DNA of 64,000 bases. It comes from Alphaproteobacteria bacterium. Lineage in GTDB: Bacteria > Pseudomonadota > Alphaproteobacteria > GCA-2731375. A model generated the notes under the pieces. The model was not told the origin of the DNA. It searched no databases and saw nothing but the letters and a program-made list of their open reading frames with translations. The stretch is from positions 96,001-160,000 of the forward strand of contig CBDDBZ010000031.1 in NCBI GenBank assembly GCA_965225945.1, written 5' to 3'. The position numbers and the translations under genes are program-made. Position 1 is the stretch's first letter, and the number at the start of each line of letters is the position of its first letter. Positions 42,988 to 56,091 of the stretch are shown in pieces.

Positions 42988-43176
42988 GTGAAGGAAACCG
43001 CCGTGGCATTGAGCGCGGAAGAGCGGGACCATCTCTCCCGCCAACTCCATCTCGGCGACGGCCTGTTGAGCTGGCTGTCGCGCGATCTCGGCACGGTGGC
43101 GGTGATCCTACTGATCGTCATCGCAATCTGGGTGGTCAGCGTCTACGCGCACGTCTTGGGCCCGGCCGCCGGCTAG
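42988..43176 (+). CDS. Small hypothetical membrane protein
   Basis: GAGGGG RBS, GTG start, one TM helix. Confidence 0.45.
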   Translation: MKETAVALSAEERDHLSRQLHLGDGLLSWLSRDLGTVAVILLIVIAIWVVSVYAHVLGPAAG

Positions 43177-43359
43177 TACGAACACCTCGGCCGGGTGGCG
43201 AGGAGTTTAGCCGACCGAAGAAGGTGGTTCTACCGAAGGGGCGTACGTCGCATGTGGGTCATCAATACTCTGTTGGTGCACAAAAAAATTACGGGGAGCC
43301 TCGAGTGTAGACCAGACACCGAGACTGCGATTCCGCAAGTCGACCCGCCGGGCGTTGGG

Positions 43360-43493
43360 GCCAAATCGAACCCCCGAGGCGCGCCGCGGCTCCGACAGAA
43401 GCCGCGGCAGTTGCGGGAAAACGCGACGAGTCGCTCGGCGTGGCAAGTCTCGAGGCGCCCACACTTCAGGAAGTCTTCGAATTTCCACCACAC
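43360..43493 (-). pseudogene. IS91/ISCR-family transposase zinc-binding remnant
   Basis: FEDFLKCGRLE..CHAERLVAFS..CRGFC motif. Confidence 0.65.
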
Positions 43494-43566
43494 TTAGAAG
43501 CAACAGTTTCCAATAAGATACCTACCTCATCAATTTATGGGCTCGTCTCGAGATTCCACGGTTGGC

Positions 43567-44475
43567 TCAGGTAAGTCCCAGCTTCGGTCGAACCCAGTCC
43601 GACATTTGCTGGACCGCCTGATCAGCCTCCGGCGCAGCACCCGCCATGAAGTGCCAAACATGCTGCATCTCGGGGAAAATATCCATTTTAACTTCGACGC
43701 CTGCTTCCCTCGCGATTTTCTCGAAACGGACAGCGTCGTCCAGCAAGGTTTCGTCGCGACTCACGGTGATGTATAGAGGTGGGAGGCCACTTAAATTGGC
43801 ATAAAGCGGGTTGGCGAGAGGATCACGCGACCAGCCGCCCGCGAGGAAAGTTTCGGCCATACCATCTACAACTGCCTTTTTTACGAGGCAGTCTTTTTCC
43901 TCATTGGTCTTCATCGAGTCCCCACTATTCTCCACATCGTACCAAGGACAAATTGGCATCGCGGCGGCGGGCAATGGGAGACCCTTGTCGCGTGCCGCAA
44001 GAATAATTGATGTGCAGAGGCTACCACCAGCAGAGTCTCCGGTGGTCGCGATGTTTTCCGGTTTGAACCCTTCGTTAAGCAGCCATTCGTAAACTTTGAC
44101 GCAATCGTTGATGGGACCAGGGTGCGGATTCTCGGGCGCAAGTCCGTAGTGGACACTGATAGCCCGGCAGCCAACCGCCTTCGCGATATGAGCGTACAAT
44201 TTACGATGGGAATAGATAGAGCCGGCTACGTAACCACCACCATGAGTACACAGCAATACGTGCTCGTCGCTGGCTCCCTTTGGATTGGCCCACATGCAGA
44301 GTACACCGTTACAGTCGGCTTCAATATAGTCAACTCCGCCGGGTTCACTGCCGAGGTCAGCCAAATGCTCTAACAGGGCTCGCACCTCTTCGATGGGCAT
44401 GTCCGGATTCTCGCCCAATGTTTTAAGGAAATGATTGTAGAGGTCCTTGATTGCGTTTGATTGTTTACTTGCCAC
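43567..44475 (-). CDS. HSL-family alpha/beta hydrolase (esterase/lactonase)
   Basis: HGGGY, GDSAGG, ETLLDD and MQHVW motifs; downstream of the BVMO gene. Confidence 0.88.
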   Translation of the reverse strand: MASKQSNAIKDLYNHFLKTLGENPDMPIEEVRALLEHLADLGSEPGGVDYIEADCNGVLCMWANPKGASDEHVLLCTHGGGYVAGSIYSHRKLYAHIAKAVGCRAISVHYGLAPENPHPGPINDCVKVYEWLLNEGFKPENIATTGDSAGGSLCTSIILAARDKGLPLPAAAMPICPWYDVENSGDSMKTNEEKDCLVKKAVVDGMAETFLAGGWSRDPLANPLYANLSGLPPLYITVSRDETLLDDAVRFEKIAREAGVEVKMDIFPEMQHVWHFMAGAAPEADQAVQQMSDWVRPKLGLT

Positions 44476-44579
44476 TTTCTGATCTCCCTTGTTTCCGTCA
44501 CTTCGGTGGTAATTCGGTTTCATTGTCACCGAGCAACTATTTAGAAAAGGCGTCGCCGGGATACGGGCAAGATTGAGAA

Positions 44580-46470
<1,891 letters not shown>

Positions 46471-46489
46471 TTACGGATGACAACTTTGC

Positions 46490-46780
46490 TTTGTTGTTGA
46501 GATATCGCTTTACCCATTCAGCTCGGCGATAAACCCAGATCTGTCGGAAGAACTCTTTGAGCATGTAGGCGCGATTGATCTCGAGTTTGAGTCGTTCGCG
46601 CTCTCCGGCGCGACGCGCCCGGCCCTCGGTAAGGTTCAAGGGGTTCTTCCGCCAAATGAATCGCGTCTTGTACATCAGTGCCTTGTGCTCGAGTGCCTTG
46701 TGCTCGGGCCACTTCTCGCGGATCTCGTCACGGCGAACTCGCTCGACAGCTTCCACCAAGTGACGCGCGATGTGGGTCAG
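46490..46780 (-). pseudogene. ISL3-family transposase fragment
   Basis: HIARHLVEAVERVRRDE...RAYMLKEFFRQIW motif. Confidence 0.65.
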
Positions 46781-47094
46781 CCCCTCAAGGTCGCGTAGGG
46801 TAGTGTGCGCGAAAATGAAAATCAAGCCGAGATTCCCCAGATGACCACTCGCGGCCACGGGTAGCGCAGCAATAACCGCGGTTGACATCAAATCTGGTCC
46901 TGATTCGGCCGTCTGCATTGTGATCTTCCTTCCTCGTCGGGCCGATTTGGCGATCAAAAGCCCGGCCAGTGACCTTTTCGCACTCGGAGGGCGCGCTTCG
47001 ACCCGCGCCGCACACTCCTGTCCTATCGGGCGACCTGGATGCCACGGGATCGAGCGCCGTCATGGCGCTAGAGGGGCCGGTCGCGACCCATCAA

Positions 47095-49512
47095 TCAGGC
47101 CCGGAGGCGCTCGTTGGCGGGATCATGGGGGGCGCCGGGCGAAAGCCTCGCCGGGCGCCGTTCGCCGAGCACCTCGATCTCCAGCCCTGCGCCCGCTTCC
47201 AGCGCCCCGGTCTCGACATAAGCGAGCGCGATCGCGCGGCCGATGGTGTGGCCGTGACCGCCGGAGGTGACGATGCCGGCGATTTCGCCGTTCAGGTAGA
47301 CCGGCGCGTTGGTCATCGGATCGGCGTCGGTGGGATCGAGGGTGAGGCAAACCAGGCGGCGGGCGAGGCCTTGCTGCTTTTGGCGCAGCAGGGCCTGGCG
47401 GCCGACGAAAGCGTCCTTGTCCAGCCGGACGAAGCGCTCGAGCCCGGCCTCGAGCGGGGTGTATTCGCTGGTCAGTTCCAGCTTCCAGGCCGGATAGGCC
47501 TTCTCCAGCCTGAGCGAGTCCATCGCGTACATGCCAAAATCGACGATGCCCGCCACCTCGCCGGCGGCCATGACGTCATCGTAGACCGTGGCCATGAATT
47601 CGAGCGGCAGATGTAATTCCCAGCCCAATTCGCCGACGTAGTTGACCCGGATCGCGAGGCACGCAGCGAAGCCGACGGTGATCGAGCGAGCCGTGAGCCA
47701 GGGGAAGGCCGCGTTCGAGAGCTCGGCCTCGGTGATTTGGCCGAGCAGCTCGCGCGACTTCGGGCCGGCGACGATCAGGGTGCCGTAACGCCCGGTGACG
47801 TTATCTATGCGGACGTCGGCGCCGGGGGCGACGGCACCCTGCAGCAGGTCGTGGTCGTGCGCCTCGGCGCTCGCCGCCGAGGCGAGGTAGAAACGGTCCT
47901 CGGCCAGCCGCGTGATGGTGAATTCCGAGACCACATGGCCGCTCTCGGCAAGCGCGTACGCGAGCACGATCCGCCCCTCCGCGGGCAGCCGCCCGGCGAT
48001 CAGGGAATCGAGCATGCCCGCCGCGTCCCGACCCTGGACCATGTATTTGGCGAAGCCGCCCAGATCCAGGACGCCGACCCGTTCGCGCACCCCGCGGCAT
48101 TCCCTGCCGACGGCCTCGAACCAGTTGGTGTGCCGGAAGCTCGGGCGCCGTTGGCCGTCGCCGCCCGCGGGCACGAACCAGGTCGCCCGCTCCCAGCCGC
48201 CACGGACGCCGAAGCGCGCGCCCTTGGCCTGCAAAATCTCGTAGAGCGGCGTGCGCCGCGCCGGGCGCCCCGCCGGCCATTCGTCGTCGGGAAAGGCGAT
48301 GGCGTATTCGTGCGAATAGAGCTCGACCGCGCGCTCCCGGGTGTAGCGCTTGGTCGCGTAGCCGCCATAACGGCGGGGATCGATCTCCCAGGTGTCCCAC
48401 TCGGCCTCGCCCTCGACGATGATATCGGCCAGCAGCTTGCCGGCGCCGCCGCTCTGGACGATGCCGAAGCTGAAGGCGGCGCAGAGATAGTGGTTCGGCT
48501 GGCCGGTGGCGGGGCCGACCAGCGGTTGGCCGTCGGGCGTGTAGGGGATCGGCCCGTTGATGACGTTGCGCACGCCGGCCTCGCCCAATGGCGGCACCCG
48601 GCGAATTGCCTTCTCGATATAGCTCTCCAGGCGGTCGAGATCCGGCGGCAACAGCTCCATGGCAAATTCGCCCGGCACGCCGTCCTCGGCCCAGGTCCGG
48701 CAATGGAACTCGTAGGGCCCGAGAAGCAGACCCTTGCGCTCTTGGCGCAGGTAATAGGAATCGTCCGGATCGCGCAGCAGCGGCAGCAGGTCCTCGCGAT
48801 CCTCCAGCGACGGCACCGCTTCGGTCACCAGATACTGATGCTCCATCGAGACCACGGGCAGGTCGAGGCCCGTCATCCGACCGACCTCGCGCGCCCGGTA
48901 GCCGGCGGCGTTGATTATGATCTCACAAACGATTTCCCCCCCGGGCGTCGTGACCCGCCATTCGCCCGACGCCGTGCGCTCAATCGCGGTGACCGGCGAA
49001 TTACGGTGGATCTGGACGCCGCCGTCGCGCGCGCCCTTCGCCAGCGCCTGGGTGAGCTGGCTCGGATCGACATGGCCGTCGAGAGGGTCCCACAGCGCGC
49101 CCTCGAGGTCGTGGGTCTGGATCGGTGGGTAACGTTTCCGCAAGCCCGCCACGTCCAGCAGCTCGTAGTCGATGCCGAGGTGGCGCGCCATGGCGGCGAT
49201 GTGGCTGAACTCCTCCATCCGCTCGGCGCTCTGCGCCAGGCGCACGCTGCCGGTCATGTGATGGCCGACAGGCTGGCCGGTCTCCGCCTCCAAACGTTGG
49301 TAGAGCGAGACGCCGTAGGCCTGCAGCCGCATGATGTTGTAGCTGGCGGCGTAGGTCGGGCAGTTACCGGCGGCATGCCAGGTCGAGCCCGAGGTGAGCT
49401 CGTCACGCTCCAGCAGCACGACGTCGGTGAGGCCCTTGGCGGCGAGGTGATAGGCGAGGCTGCAGCCGGCGATGCCGCCGCCGACGATCACCGCGCGCGC
49501 CTGCTCTTTCAT
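47095..49512 (-). CDS. GcvT-family FAD-dependent oxidoreductase (dimethylglycine/sarcosine dehydrogenase-like)
   Basis: GGGIAG, TSGSTWHAAG, YTPDG, YVGELGWELH and DSLRLEK motifs. Confidence 0.92.
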   Translation of the reverse strand: MKEQARAVIVGGGIAGCSLAYHLAAKGLTDVVLLERDELTSGSTWHAAGNCPTYAASYNIMRLQAYGVSLYQRLEAETGQPVGHHMTGSVRLAQSAERMEEFSHIAAMARHLGIDYELLDVAGLRKRYPPIQTHDLEGALWDPLDGHVDPSQLTQALAKGARDGGVQIHRNSPVTAIERTASGEWRVTTPGGEIVCEIIINAAGYRAREVGRMTGLDLPVVSMEHQYLVTEAVPSLEDREDLLPLLRDPDDSYYLRQERKGLLLGPYEFHCRTWAEDGVPGEFAMELLPPDLDRLESYIEKAIRRVPPLGEAGVRNVINGPIPYTPDGQPLVGPATGQPNHYLCAAFSFGIVQSGGAGKLLADIIVEGEAEWDTWEIDPRRYGGYATKRYTRERAVELYSHEYAIAFPDDEWPAGRPARRTPLYEILQAKGARFGVRGGWERATWFVPAGGDGQRRPSFRHTNWFEAVGRECRGVRERVGVLDLGGFAKYMVQGRDAAGMLDSLIAGRLPAEGRIVLAYALAESGHVVSEFTITRLAEDRFYLASAASAEAHDHDLLQGAVAPGADVRIDNVTGRYGTLIVAGPKSRELLGQITEAELSNAAFPWLTARSITVGFAACLAIRVNYVGELGWELHLPLEFMATVYDDVMAAGEVAGIVDFGMYAMDSLRLEKAYPAWKLELTSEYTPLEAGLERFVRLDKDAFVGRQALLRQKQQGLARRLVCLTLDPTDADPMTNAPVYLNGEIAGIVTSGGHGHTIGRAIALAYVETGALEAGAGLEIEVLGERRPARLSPGAPHDPANERLRA

Positions 49513-49548
49513 GGCTCCGATCCTCGCGCTGCCGGCGGAGAGAGGCGA

Positions 49549-51099
49549 TCAGGCCCGCATCGCCGATTTCGGCAATCTTATCGGAAAGGCGGCGCGAATG
49601 CGGTCGTCGATGTCCGGGGGAATGTATTCGGGATAGTGGGTCGCGAGGATCTCGCGGGCGAGCCGGCGGGCCCGCTCGCGGATGTCGAGGGCGCCGGCGT
49701 CGGCCCACTCGGACGGGTTCAACCGGTCGCCGATGCTCGGATAGACGTATTCCCGCTGCATCAACTCGAGCGTCTGGGGATGGCCGAGATAATGCACGGG
49801 GCCGTGCACGACCTCGCGCATGGTCTCGATCGACAGCGTGTCGTCGTCGACCTCGATGCCGCGCACGCAGCGCAGCACCGCGCCCAGCATGTCGTCGTCG
49901 ATCACGAAGCTCTCGAAGGCGGCGCCCAGCAGGCTCGCCTGCATGCCGGCGGCTTCGTAGACCAGATTGGCGCCGGCGAGACCGGCCAGCGCCGTGGTAT
50001 AGCCCTTCTCGTAGCCGGATTGCGCGTCGGGGATCTTGGCATCGGCCATGCCCGCGGCGACGCCGTTCGGCAAGCCGTAGTAGCCGGCCATCTGCGCCGA
50101 CGCCGCCGCCAGCATCGCCTGCTCGCCGCTGCCCCCGCTCATCGCCCCGGTCCTGAGGTCGGAGACGAAGGCCCAGGCGCCGAAGATCGCCGGGTGCCCG
50201 GGCTTCAACGCGTTGACGTAGATCATGCCGGCCAGCACCTCGGCCACCCCTTGGGCGAGCGATCCGGCGAGCGCCGCCGGGCTGGTGGCGCCCGCTTGGC
50301 CGGCCGACAGCAGCAGGATCGGCATGCCCCGCTCGACGCCGGCCTCCAGGCAACGGCTGGCGTCTTCGCCGAAGCGCAAGGGGGGCACGACGTGGCAACA
50401 GGACATCGAGACGAACGGACGGGCGGCGAAACCGCCCTCGGCCCCGGCGATCATGTCCAACATGTCGACGCTGCGGTGCACCGCCTGCGGCGTGGTGAAG
50501 CTGGTGCCGACGTGTTTGGCGGTGCCGGCGAGCGAGGCGTAACAGGTGTTGATGTCGAGCTCGAGCGGGTCCTCGACGTCGCGGGTCACCACCGCGCGCT
50601 GGAAGAAGTGGATATTCTCGCGGGTGTCGACCAGGCGGGCGATGTCGTAGAGGTCGCGAAGCGTCGAATCACGGTAGATGCCGCTCTCGAGGTCGACCAG
50701 ATGCACCGCCGCGCCGGCGGTGCCGAAATGCACCCGCTGGCCGCTCAGATCCATGTCGTGGCGGGGATCGCGGCCGTGCAGCACCAGGGGCTTGGCCGCC
50801 TTGGCCAGCATGTCCTCCACGAGCGCGGGGGGAAACAGCAGGCGGCCGTTCTCCGAGAGGTGGCCGCCGACGGCGGTGATCGCCTCGACGCAGCTCGGGA
50901 TCGCGTCGGCGAGGCCGATATTCTCCAGGATGTCGAGCGCCGCGTGGTGCACTCGTCCGACGGCGTCGTCGTTCAGCGGACGGAGCGCGCCGCCCACCAA
51001 GCCGGGCCCGACGGCGCGGAAGACGGGAGGTCGCGAGCGCTCTTCGCGGCGTGCCTGGCGACCCCCGGCGCGGCGGGATTTCGCGCGCAATTCGTTCAT
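49549..51099 (-). CDS. MttB-family (non-pyrrolysine) methyltransferase, glycine-betaine type
   Basis: GTAGAAV, AGQAGATSP, DLRTGAMSGGSGE and DAQSGYEK motifs; no in-frame amber. Confidence 0.88.
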   Translation of the reverse strand: MNELRAKSRRAGGRQARREERSRPPVFRAVGPGLVGGALRPLNDDAVGRVHHAALDILENIGLADAIPSCVEAITAVGGHLSENGRLLFPPALVEDMLAKAAKPLVLHGRDPRHDMDLSGQRVHFGTAGAAVHLVDLESGIYRDSTLRDLYDIARLVDTRENIHFFQRAVVTRDVEDPLELDINTCYASLAGTAKHVGTSFTTPQAVHRSVDMLDMIAGAEGGFAARPFVSMSCCHVVPPLRFGEDASRCLEAGVERGMPILLLSAGQAGATSPAALAGSLAQGVAEVLAGMIYVNALKPGHPAIFGAWAFVSDLRTGAMSGGSGEQAMLAAASAQMAGYYGLPNGVAAGMADAKIPDAQSGYEKGYTTALAGLAGANLVYEAAGMQASLLGAAFESFVIDDDMLGAVLRCVRGIEVDDDTLSIETMREVVHGPVHYLGHPQTLELMQREYVYPSIGDRLNPSEWADAGALDIRERARRLAREILATHYPEYIPPDIDDRIRAAFPIRLPKSAMRA

Positions 51100-51442
51100 C
51101 GCACCCTCCTCGCGGAATCGCGCCAACGCGCGCGCGGCGTGGCCGCGAATCGAGAAATTGTGCGGTGGGAGCGGGCCTCGCGCCACGTAAATGGCGACAG
51201 GAACTATCGGGCGAGCGACATACCTCCCCGCTCGCGTTCAGGCGAGGTCTCGCGCCACCCGGTTGGCGGCGGCGCCGGCCGTCGGCTTAGAGGGCGAGCG
51301 GGTGGCCTCGAGCGCTCTCGAAGGGCTCGAGGGCAACAAATTCGAGCGTTTGGCGGGGCTTCACGGAAACGCTTGCGCGCCCCTCGCGCGGCGCCTATAG
51401 AAAACGGCTTTTTCCCTTGGCATGCCGAGGAGGGACCGGGCG

Positions 51443-52603
51443 ATGAGCGAGATCGATCGCTTCTCCGATGTGACCTCGATGCTGCTGGCGCTGCGGCCGG
51501 ACGAACCGGTGCTTTGCGTGCGAGCGGAGGTCTTGCGCGCCCGCGCGCGGAGCTTTCTCGACGGCCTTCCCGGCCGCGTGCTCTACGCGATGAAGTGCAA
51601 TCCGGAGCCCTTCGTGCTGCGCGTGCTACACGCGGCGGGGATCCGCGATTTCGATACCGCCTCGCTCGCCGAGATGGCGTGGATTCACGACCTGCTGCCG
51701 GCGGCGCGCTGTTATTTCCATCATCCGGTGAAGTCGCGCCGGGCCATTCCGGCCGCCTACCGGGACCATGGCGTGCGCCATTTCGTCGTCGATCACGAAA
51801 GCGAGCTCGCCAAGCTGCTCGACTGCCTCGACGCGCGCGACATCGCGATCCACGTGCGGGTGAAGACGCCGCCTTGCGAGAGCGCAATCCATCTGGCGGC
51901 GAAGTTTGGTGCCGAGCCGGAGGCGGCGGTCGAATTGCTGCGCCGCGTCGCCGGCCTCGGCCTTGGCACCGGCCTCGCCTTCCACGTCGGCTCCCAATGC
52001 CGGGCGCCGGAGGCCTACGCCGACGCCATCGCGCTCTCAGGCCAAGTGGCGGCGGTCGCGGATGTCCGCCCTGGCTATCTGAACGTCGGTGGTGGCTTCC
52101 CGATTGCCTATCCGCCGGCGCCGCCGCCGGGGCTGGAGGCCTATCTGGCGACGATCCGCGAGGCTTTCGCCGGCGAAGCCGCGTTCGCCGAGACCGAGCT
52201 CATCGCCGAGCCCGGCCGCGCCCTGGTCGGGGAGGCGGCCTCGCTCATCGTCCGCGTCGAGATGCGCCGGGCCCGGGCGATCTACATCAACGACGGGCTC
52301 TATGGCGCCCTGATGGACCTGCGGCTGACGCCCGGCCTGAACCCGCCGGTGGCCTTGCGTCGCCCGGACGGCCCCGCGCCGTCCTCGGAGAGGATGGATT
52401 TCACCGTTTACGGCCCGACCTGCGATTCCCTCGACGTGCTGCCGCTTCCCTGGCGGCTGCCCCGCGACCTCGCCGAAGGCGATTGGATCGAGGTCGGGCA
52501 GATGGGCGCCTACGCCAGCGCCTTCGCCACCAACTTCAACGGCGCGCGCCGGGAAATCCTGGTCGCCGTGGCGGATGCGCCGCTGACGGCGCTCGCGGCC
52601 TGA
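51443..52603 (+). CDS. Type III PLP-dependent ornithine/lysine decarboxylase
   Basis: YAMKCNP, FHVGSQ, GGGFP, EPGRAL, GPTCDS and GAY motifs. Confidence 0.88.
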   Translation: MSEIDRFSDVTSMLLALRPDEPVLCVRAEVLRARARSFLDGLPGRVLYAMKCNPEPFVLRVLHAAGIRDFDTASLAEMAWIHDLLPAARCYFHHPVKSRRAIPAAYRDHGVRHFVVDHESELAKLLDCLDARDIAIHVRVKTPPCESAIHLAAKFGAEPEAAVELLRRVAGLGLGTGLAFHVGSQCRAPEAYADAIALSGQVAAVADVRPGYLNVGGGFPIAYPPAPPPGLEAYLATIREAFAGEAAFAETELIAEPGRALVGEAASLIVRVEMRRARAIYINDGLYGALMDLRLTPGLNPPVALRRPDGPAPSSERMDFTVYGPTCDSLDVLPLPWRLPRDLAEGDWIEVGQMGAYASAFATNFNGARREILVAVADAPLTALAA

Positions 52604-52616
52604 GCGCGGGGACGAG

Positions 52617-53369
52617 ATGACGGAAAGGCTCGACGGCAAGACGGCCTTCGTCACCGGCGCGGGGCGCAATATCGGCCGGGCCATCGCCTTGGTGTTGGCG
52701 GGGCGGGGCGCCAACGTCGTCGTCAACGGCAGCAGCGACCGGGCGGCCTGCGACGCCGTGGTGGCGGAGGCCGAGGCGCTGGGCGTGCGGGCCCTGGCGG
52801 CGATGGGCGACGTCGGTGACGGCGAGGCGATCCGGGGCATGGCCGCCGAGAGCCTCGAGCGCTTCGGCGCCATCGATATCCTGGTCAACAACGCGGCGAT
52901 TCGACCCGACACGCCGTTTCTGGAGATGACGGTGGAGGAGTGGCGCCGCGTGCTCGCGGTCGACCTCGATTCGGCCTTCCATACCGCCAGAGCCTTTCTT
53001 CCCGGCATGGTCGAGAAGGATTGGGGGCGGATAATCAACCTGACCGGGATGAACGCGATTCAGGGCTATATCGGCCGCGCGCCGGTCTCGGCCGCCAAGC
53101 ACGGACTGTGGGGCCTGACCAAGGCGTTGGCGCGCGAGTTCGGACCGCACGGCGTCACCGTCAACGCGATCTCGCCGGGGCCGATCGGCGGCGACTATTC
53201 CGCCGCGCCGGACATGGGCCGGCATATCGAGGAGATGGTCTCGCGCATTCCCTTGGGTAGGATTGGCGAGCCCGCGCATGTCGCCGGACTCTGCGGCTAT
53301 CTCGTAAGCGAGGCGGGCAGCTTCGTCTCGGGCCAGATGATCGCCGTCAACGGCGCCGGCACGACGTGA
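52617..53369 (+). CDS. SDR-family oxidoreductase
   Basis: TGAGRNIG, VNNAA and VNAISPG motifs; catalytic Tyr position reads VSAAK. Confidence 0.88.
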   Translation: MTERLDGKTAFVTGAGRNIGRAIALVLAGRGANVVVNGSSDRAACDAVVAEAEALGVRALAAMGDVGDGEAIRGMAAESLERFGAIDILVNNAAIRPDTPFLEMTVEEWRRVLAVDLDSAFHTARAFLPGMVEKDWGRIINLTGMNAIQGYIGRAPVSAAKHGLWGLTKALAREFGPHGVTVNAISPGPIGGDYSAAPDMGRHIEEMVSRIPLGRIGEPAHVAGLCGYLVSEAGSFVSGQMIAVNGAGTT

Positions 53370-53739
53370 GAGCGGCGGCGGCCGGACGCTGATGGCGTGA
53401 TGGAGGGACGCGTTGTCCTCGACCAGACTATCGTCCGACGATGACCAAGGCGGCGGGCTCGGGTGTCTGATCGTCGGCGTGGCGGCACCGGTGCTGCCCG
53501 TGATTCTGTTTCTGCTGATCGCCTGGCCGCACGACAAGCTGGGGGTCACCTATCTCTCGACCTCGAATCCGCCTCGGCGGGCGCTACACCGCCGCTCATG
53601 GCGGGATTGTCGTAGCGTGGGTGAGTGGCTAACCTAGTGAACGGTCGCAGTCGGTGTCGAGCGACAGATGGTGAAGACAGTGGTGTCCGAAAAAGGCAAG
53701 AGGCAACACGCCCAACCGCTTTTCATTGAAGAGCTCTCA

Positions 53740-53792
53740 GAATCGGCCAAGGTGAGAATCGAATCGGCCAAGGTGAGAATCGGCCAAGGTGA
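53740..53792 (+). repeat. Three copies plus a partial copy of GAATCGGCCAAGGTGA
   Basis: Units at 53740, 53761 and 53777; GAATC at 53756. Confidence 0.9.
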
Positions 53793-53872
53793 GTGCGCTC
53801 ACGCCGCTGGACCTGTCACGTACCAGCCCAGACATGATACAACATGACGAGGCGTGGCTGCAAAAGCTCATA

Positions 53873-55062
53873 TATACCCCGACTCCCGTTAAGACCCGAA
53901 AAAGTTCTGGCAATCCGGCTGCGGATCGATTCTTCGTCGACGGTCAGTTCGCGGTAGGATTGATGGCATCGAGGAACGCGCGGCCATGGAGGCGGTGATG
54001 GGAAATCCGGCGAGGTCGAAGATGCGTGGCGCGCCGCGCGAACGCGGTAGTCTGCTCATTGGATGACGTGAGCTGCGTCGAAATGGCTTGGCGCTCTACC
54101 TCGACGTGGTACGGTTCGGACGTGGCTGAAGCGCTACCGTGCGGGCACGCCTGGATGAACATGACGCTGTTCGACTGGCATGAGCTGCTCGGGCCATCTG
54201 AGCCTTGGCCAAGAGGCGGAGCTGGTCGGCGATCTGTATCGCCAACTTGGCTTAACTCGCGAAAGCCGCTGCGAGGCGGCGGCCCGGCTATCACCGAGGC
54301 GACGCACGGAGTGCTACAACTCATTCGGGCTGGCCTCGGTGCATGCATCGGCGGGCTTCGAATACAAGCGCCCGGAAAAGCCTGCTCGGCTTCAGGCCGA
54401 TTGCCCGAGCCGACCGGCCACTTCTCGACCGCCTATGACCAACAGTTGCTCTTGTTCGGCTTGGCCGCCCGACGCCCCCGGTCTCTTCGGCGATGCGGTG
54501 CACGCCGGAATAGCTCCAGTCCTCGACCCAGTCCATGGCTGGGTCAAGAAGGGCGACAAAGTGGCGTTACGCCGGACCTCGTGGGCGCCAGCGCATCAAT
54601 CTCCACGGCGCGCTCAACTCTGGACAAACTTCCACTGCCCCTTGAGACCAGGCCGAGAGGATCAACGCCGCCATCGACGATCGCGCTGTTCGAGATGCTG
54701 GAGGCCACCAATCCCGGCAACGGTCGCGGATCTATGTCTTCGCCGACAATGCCCGCTATCACCGACGCCCGCCTGGTCCGACAATGGCTCGAGAGACCCG
54801 CGGCCGCCGCATCAAGCTCATCTTCCAACCGTCCTACGCTCCCCACCTCAACGCCAGACGAGCGATTATGCGGCGTCATGCATCGCGAGTGACCCACAAC
54901 AGCTTCTACGCCAGCTTCGCCCTCTTCACCGAAGCCATCGACGATTTCTTCCGCTCGACGACTGCCACAAGAGCTGGACGACGATGGCGCTACACCATCA
55001 CCGACAATTCCGAATCATCTCGCACATCCTGCTTTAACGGGATCTGGGGTGAGGCGAGTATA
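53873..55062 (+). mobile_element. Heavily decayed IS630-family element
   Basis: Frameshifted FGDAVH, GWVKKG, ADNARY and PSYAPHLN motifs; TA-rich junctions. Confidence 0.72.
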
Positions 55063-56091
55063 TCGCTTTCCTCAAGTCCTGCCGGTCCATGAGATCGAGC
55101 CTGGTTTCGACAGTCTAGTTTCAGCTTGCATCGAACTGCCGACGCCCGCAGGCTACATCGATAATCTGTTTGTCACCAAAAGGGGCGATTTGGTGATCGC
55201 CGAATGTAAGCTATGGCGTAATCCAGAGGCACGTCGCGAGGTGGTGGCTCAGATCGTTGATTATGCGCACAGTCTATCTTCATGGACCTACAGTGATTTG
55301 GATAGTGCAATAGCTAAGGTGCTTACAGTCGACGATGCGCCTCGCGCTACAACGCTCTACGGTCTTGTTGAGGATGACAGCGAGCTAAGCGAACCAGACT
55401 TCGCTGATGCCGTATCTCGAAATCTGCGGCTTGGCCGAGTGCTGTTGCTGATTGTTGGTGATGGAGTACGTGAAGGGGTCGAAAGTCTAGCTGGCTATCT
55501 CCAGAAGCATGCGGGATTCCACTTCACGCTCGGCATTATCGAGATACCAGTCTACCTACTTCCGCAAGGTGGATACGTGATACAGCCGCGAGTCCTCGCG
55601 CGCACCATTAACATTGAAAGAGGAATAGTTACGATTGTCGACGGTCAACCAGTGGTTAAACCATCGGACCAAGGCTCTAATGACCGCGGATCTGGACGAC
55701 GCACATCTATTTCTCAGGAACGCATCTTGGAGGTGCTTACTGAAATTGATCCGAAACTACCTGAAATGTTGCAATCATTTCTCGACCGCGCGGCTGATCT
55801 TGGAATTTACCTCACCACTGCAACAAGGACACTAGTATTTCGGTGGCGTGGTCCAGACGATCGGGAGTTTGCCATTGGCGGAATAGATGACAATGGTGAC
55901 TTAATTACGTATAATGTTGGATGGCAAGCTAACAATATTGGTCATGTTGGCCTTGCACATCAATATCTCAATCGGTTGGCGCCTCTTGTCAACGGAACTA
56001 TTCGCAAGACACCTAAGCCAGAAAACTGGTATGTAACGATCAAAGATACCACGTATCCACCGGCGAGGGACATGCTGGCATGACAAGATGA

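Noticed and set aside
47737-52620. 1627-aa ORF and similar long overlapping ORFs (e.g. 29876-32845, 20790-23243)
   Set aside because: These are shadow frames of well-supported genes in high-GC DNA, with no recognisable motifs.
53740-53792. CRISPR array (also considered 7941-8000 and 61019-61126)
   Set aside because: Repeats are adjacent or inverted, have no unique spacers, and no cas genes are present.
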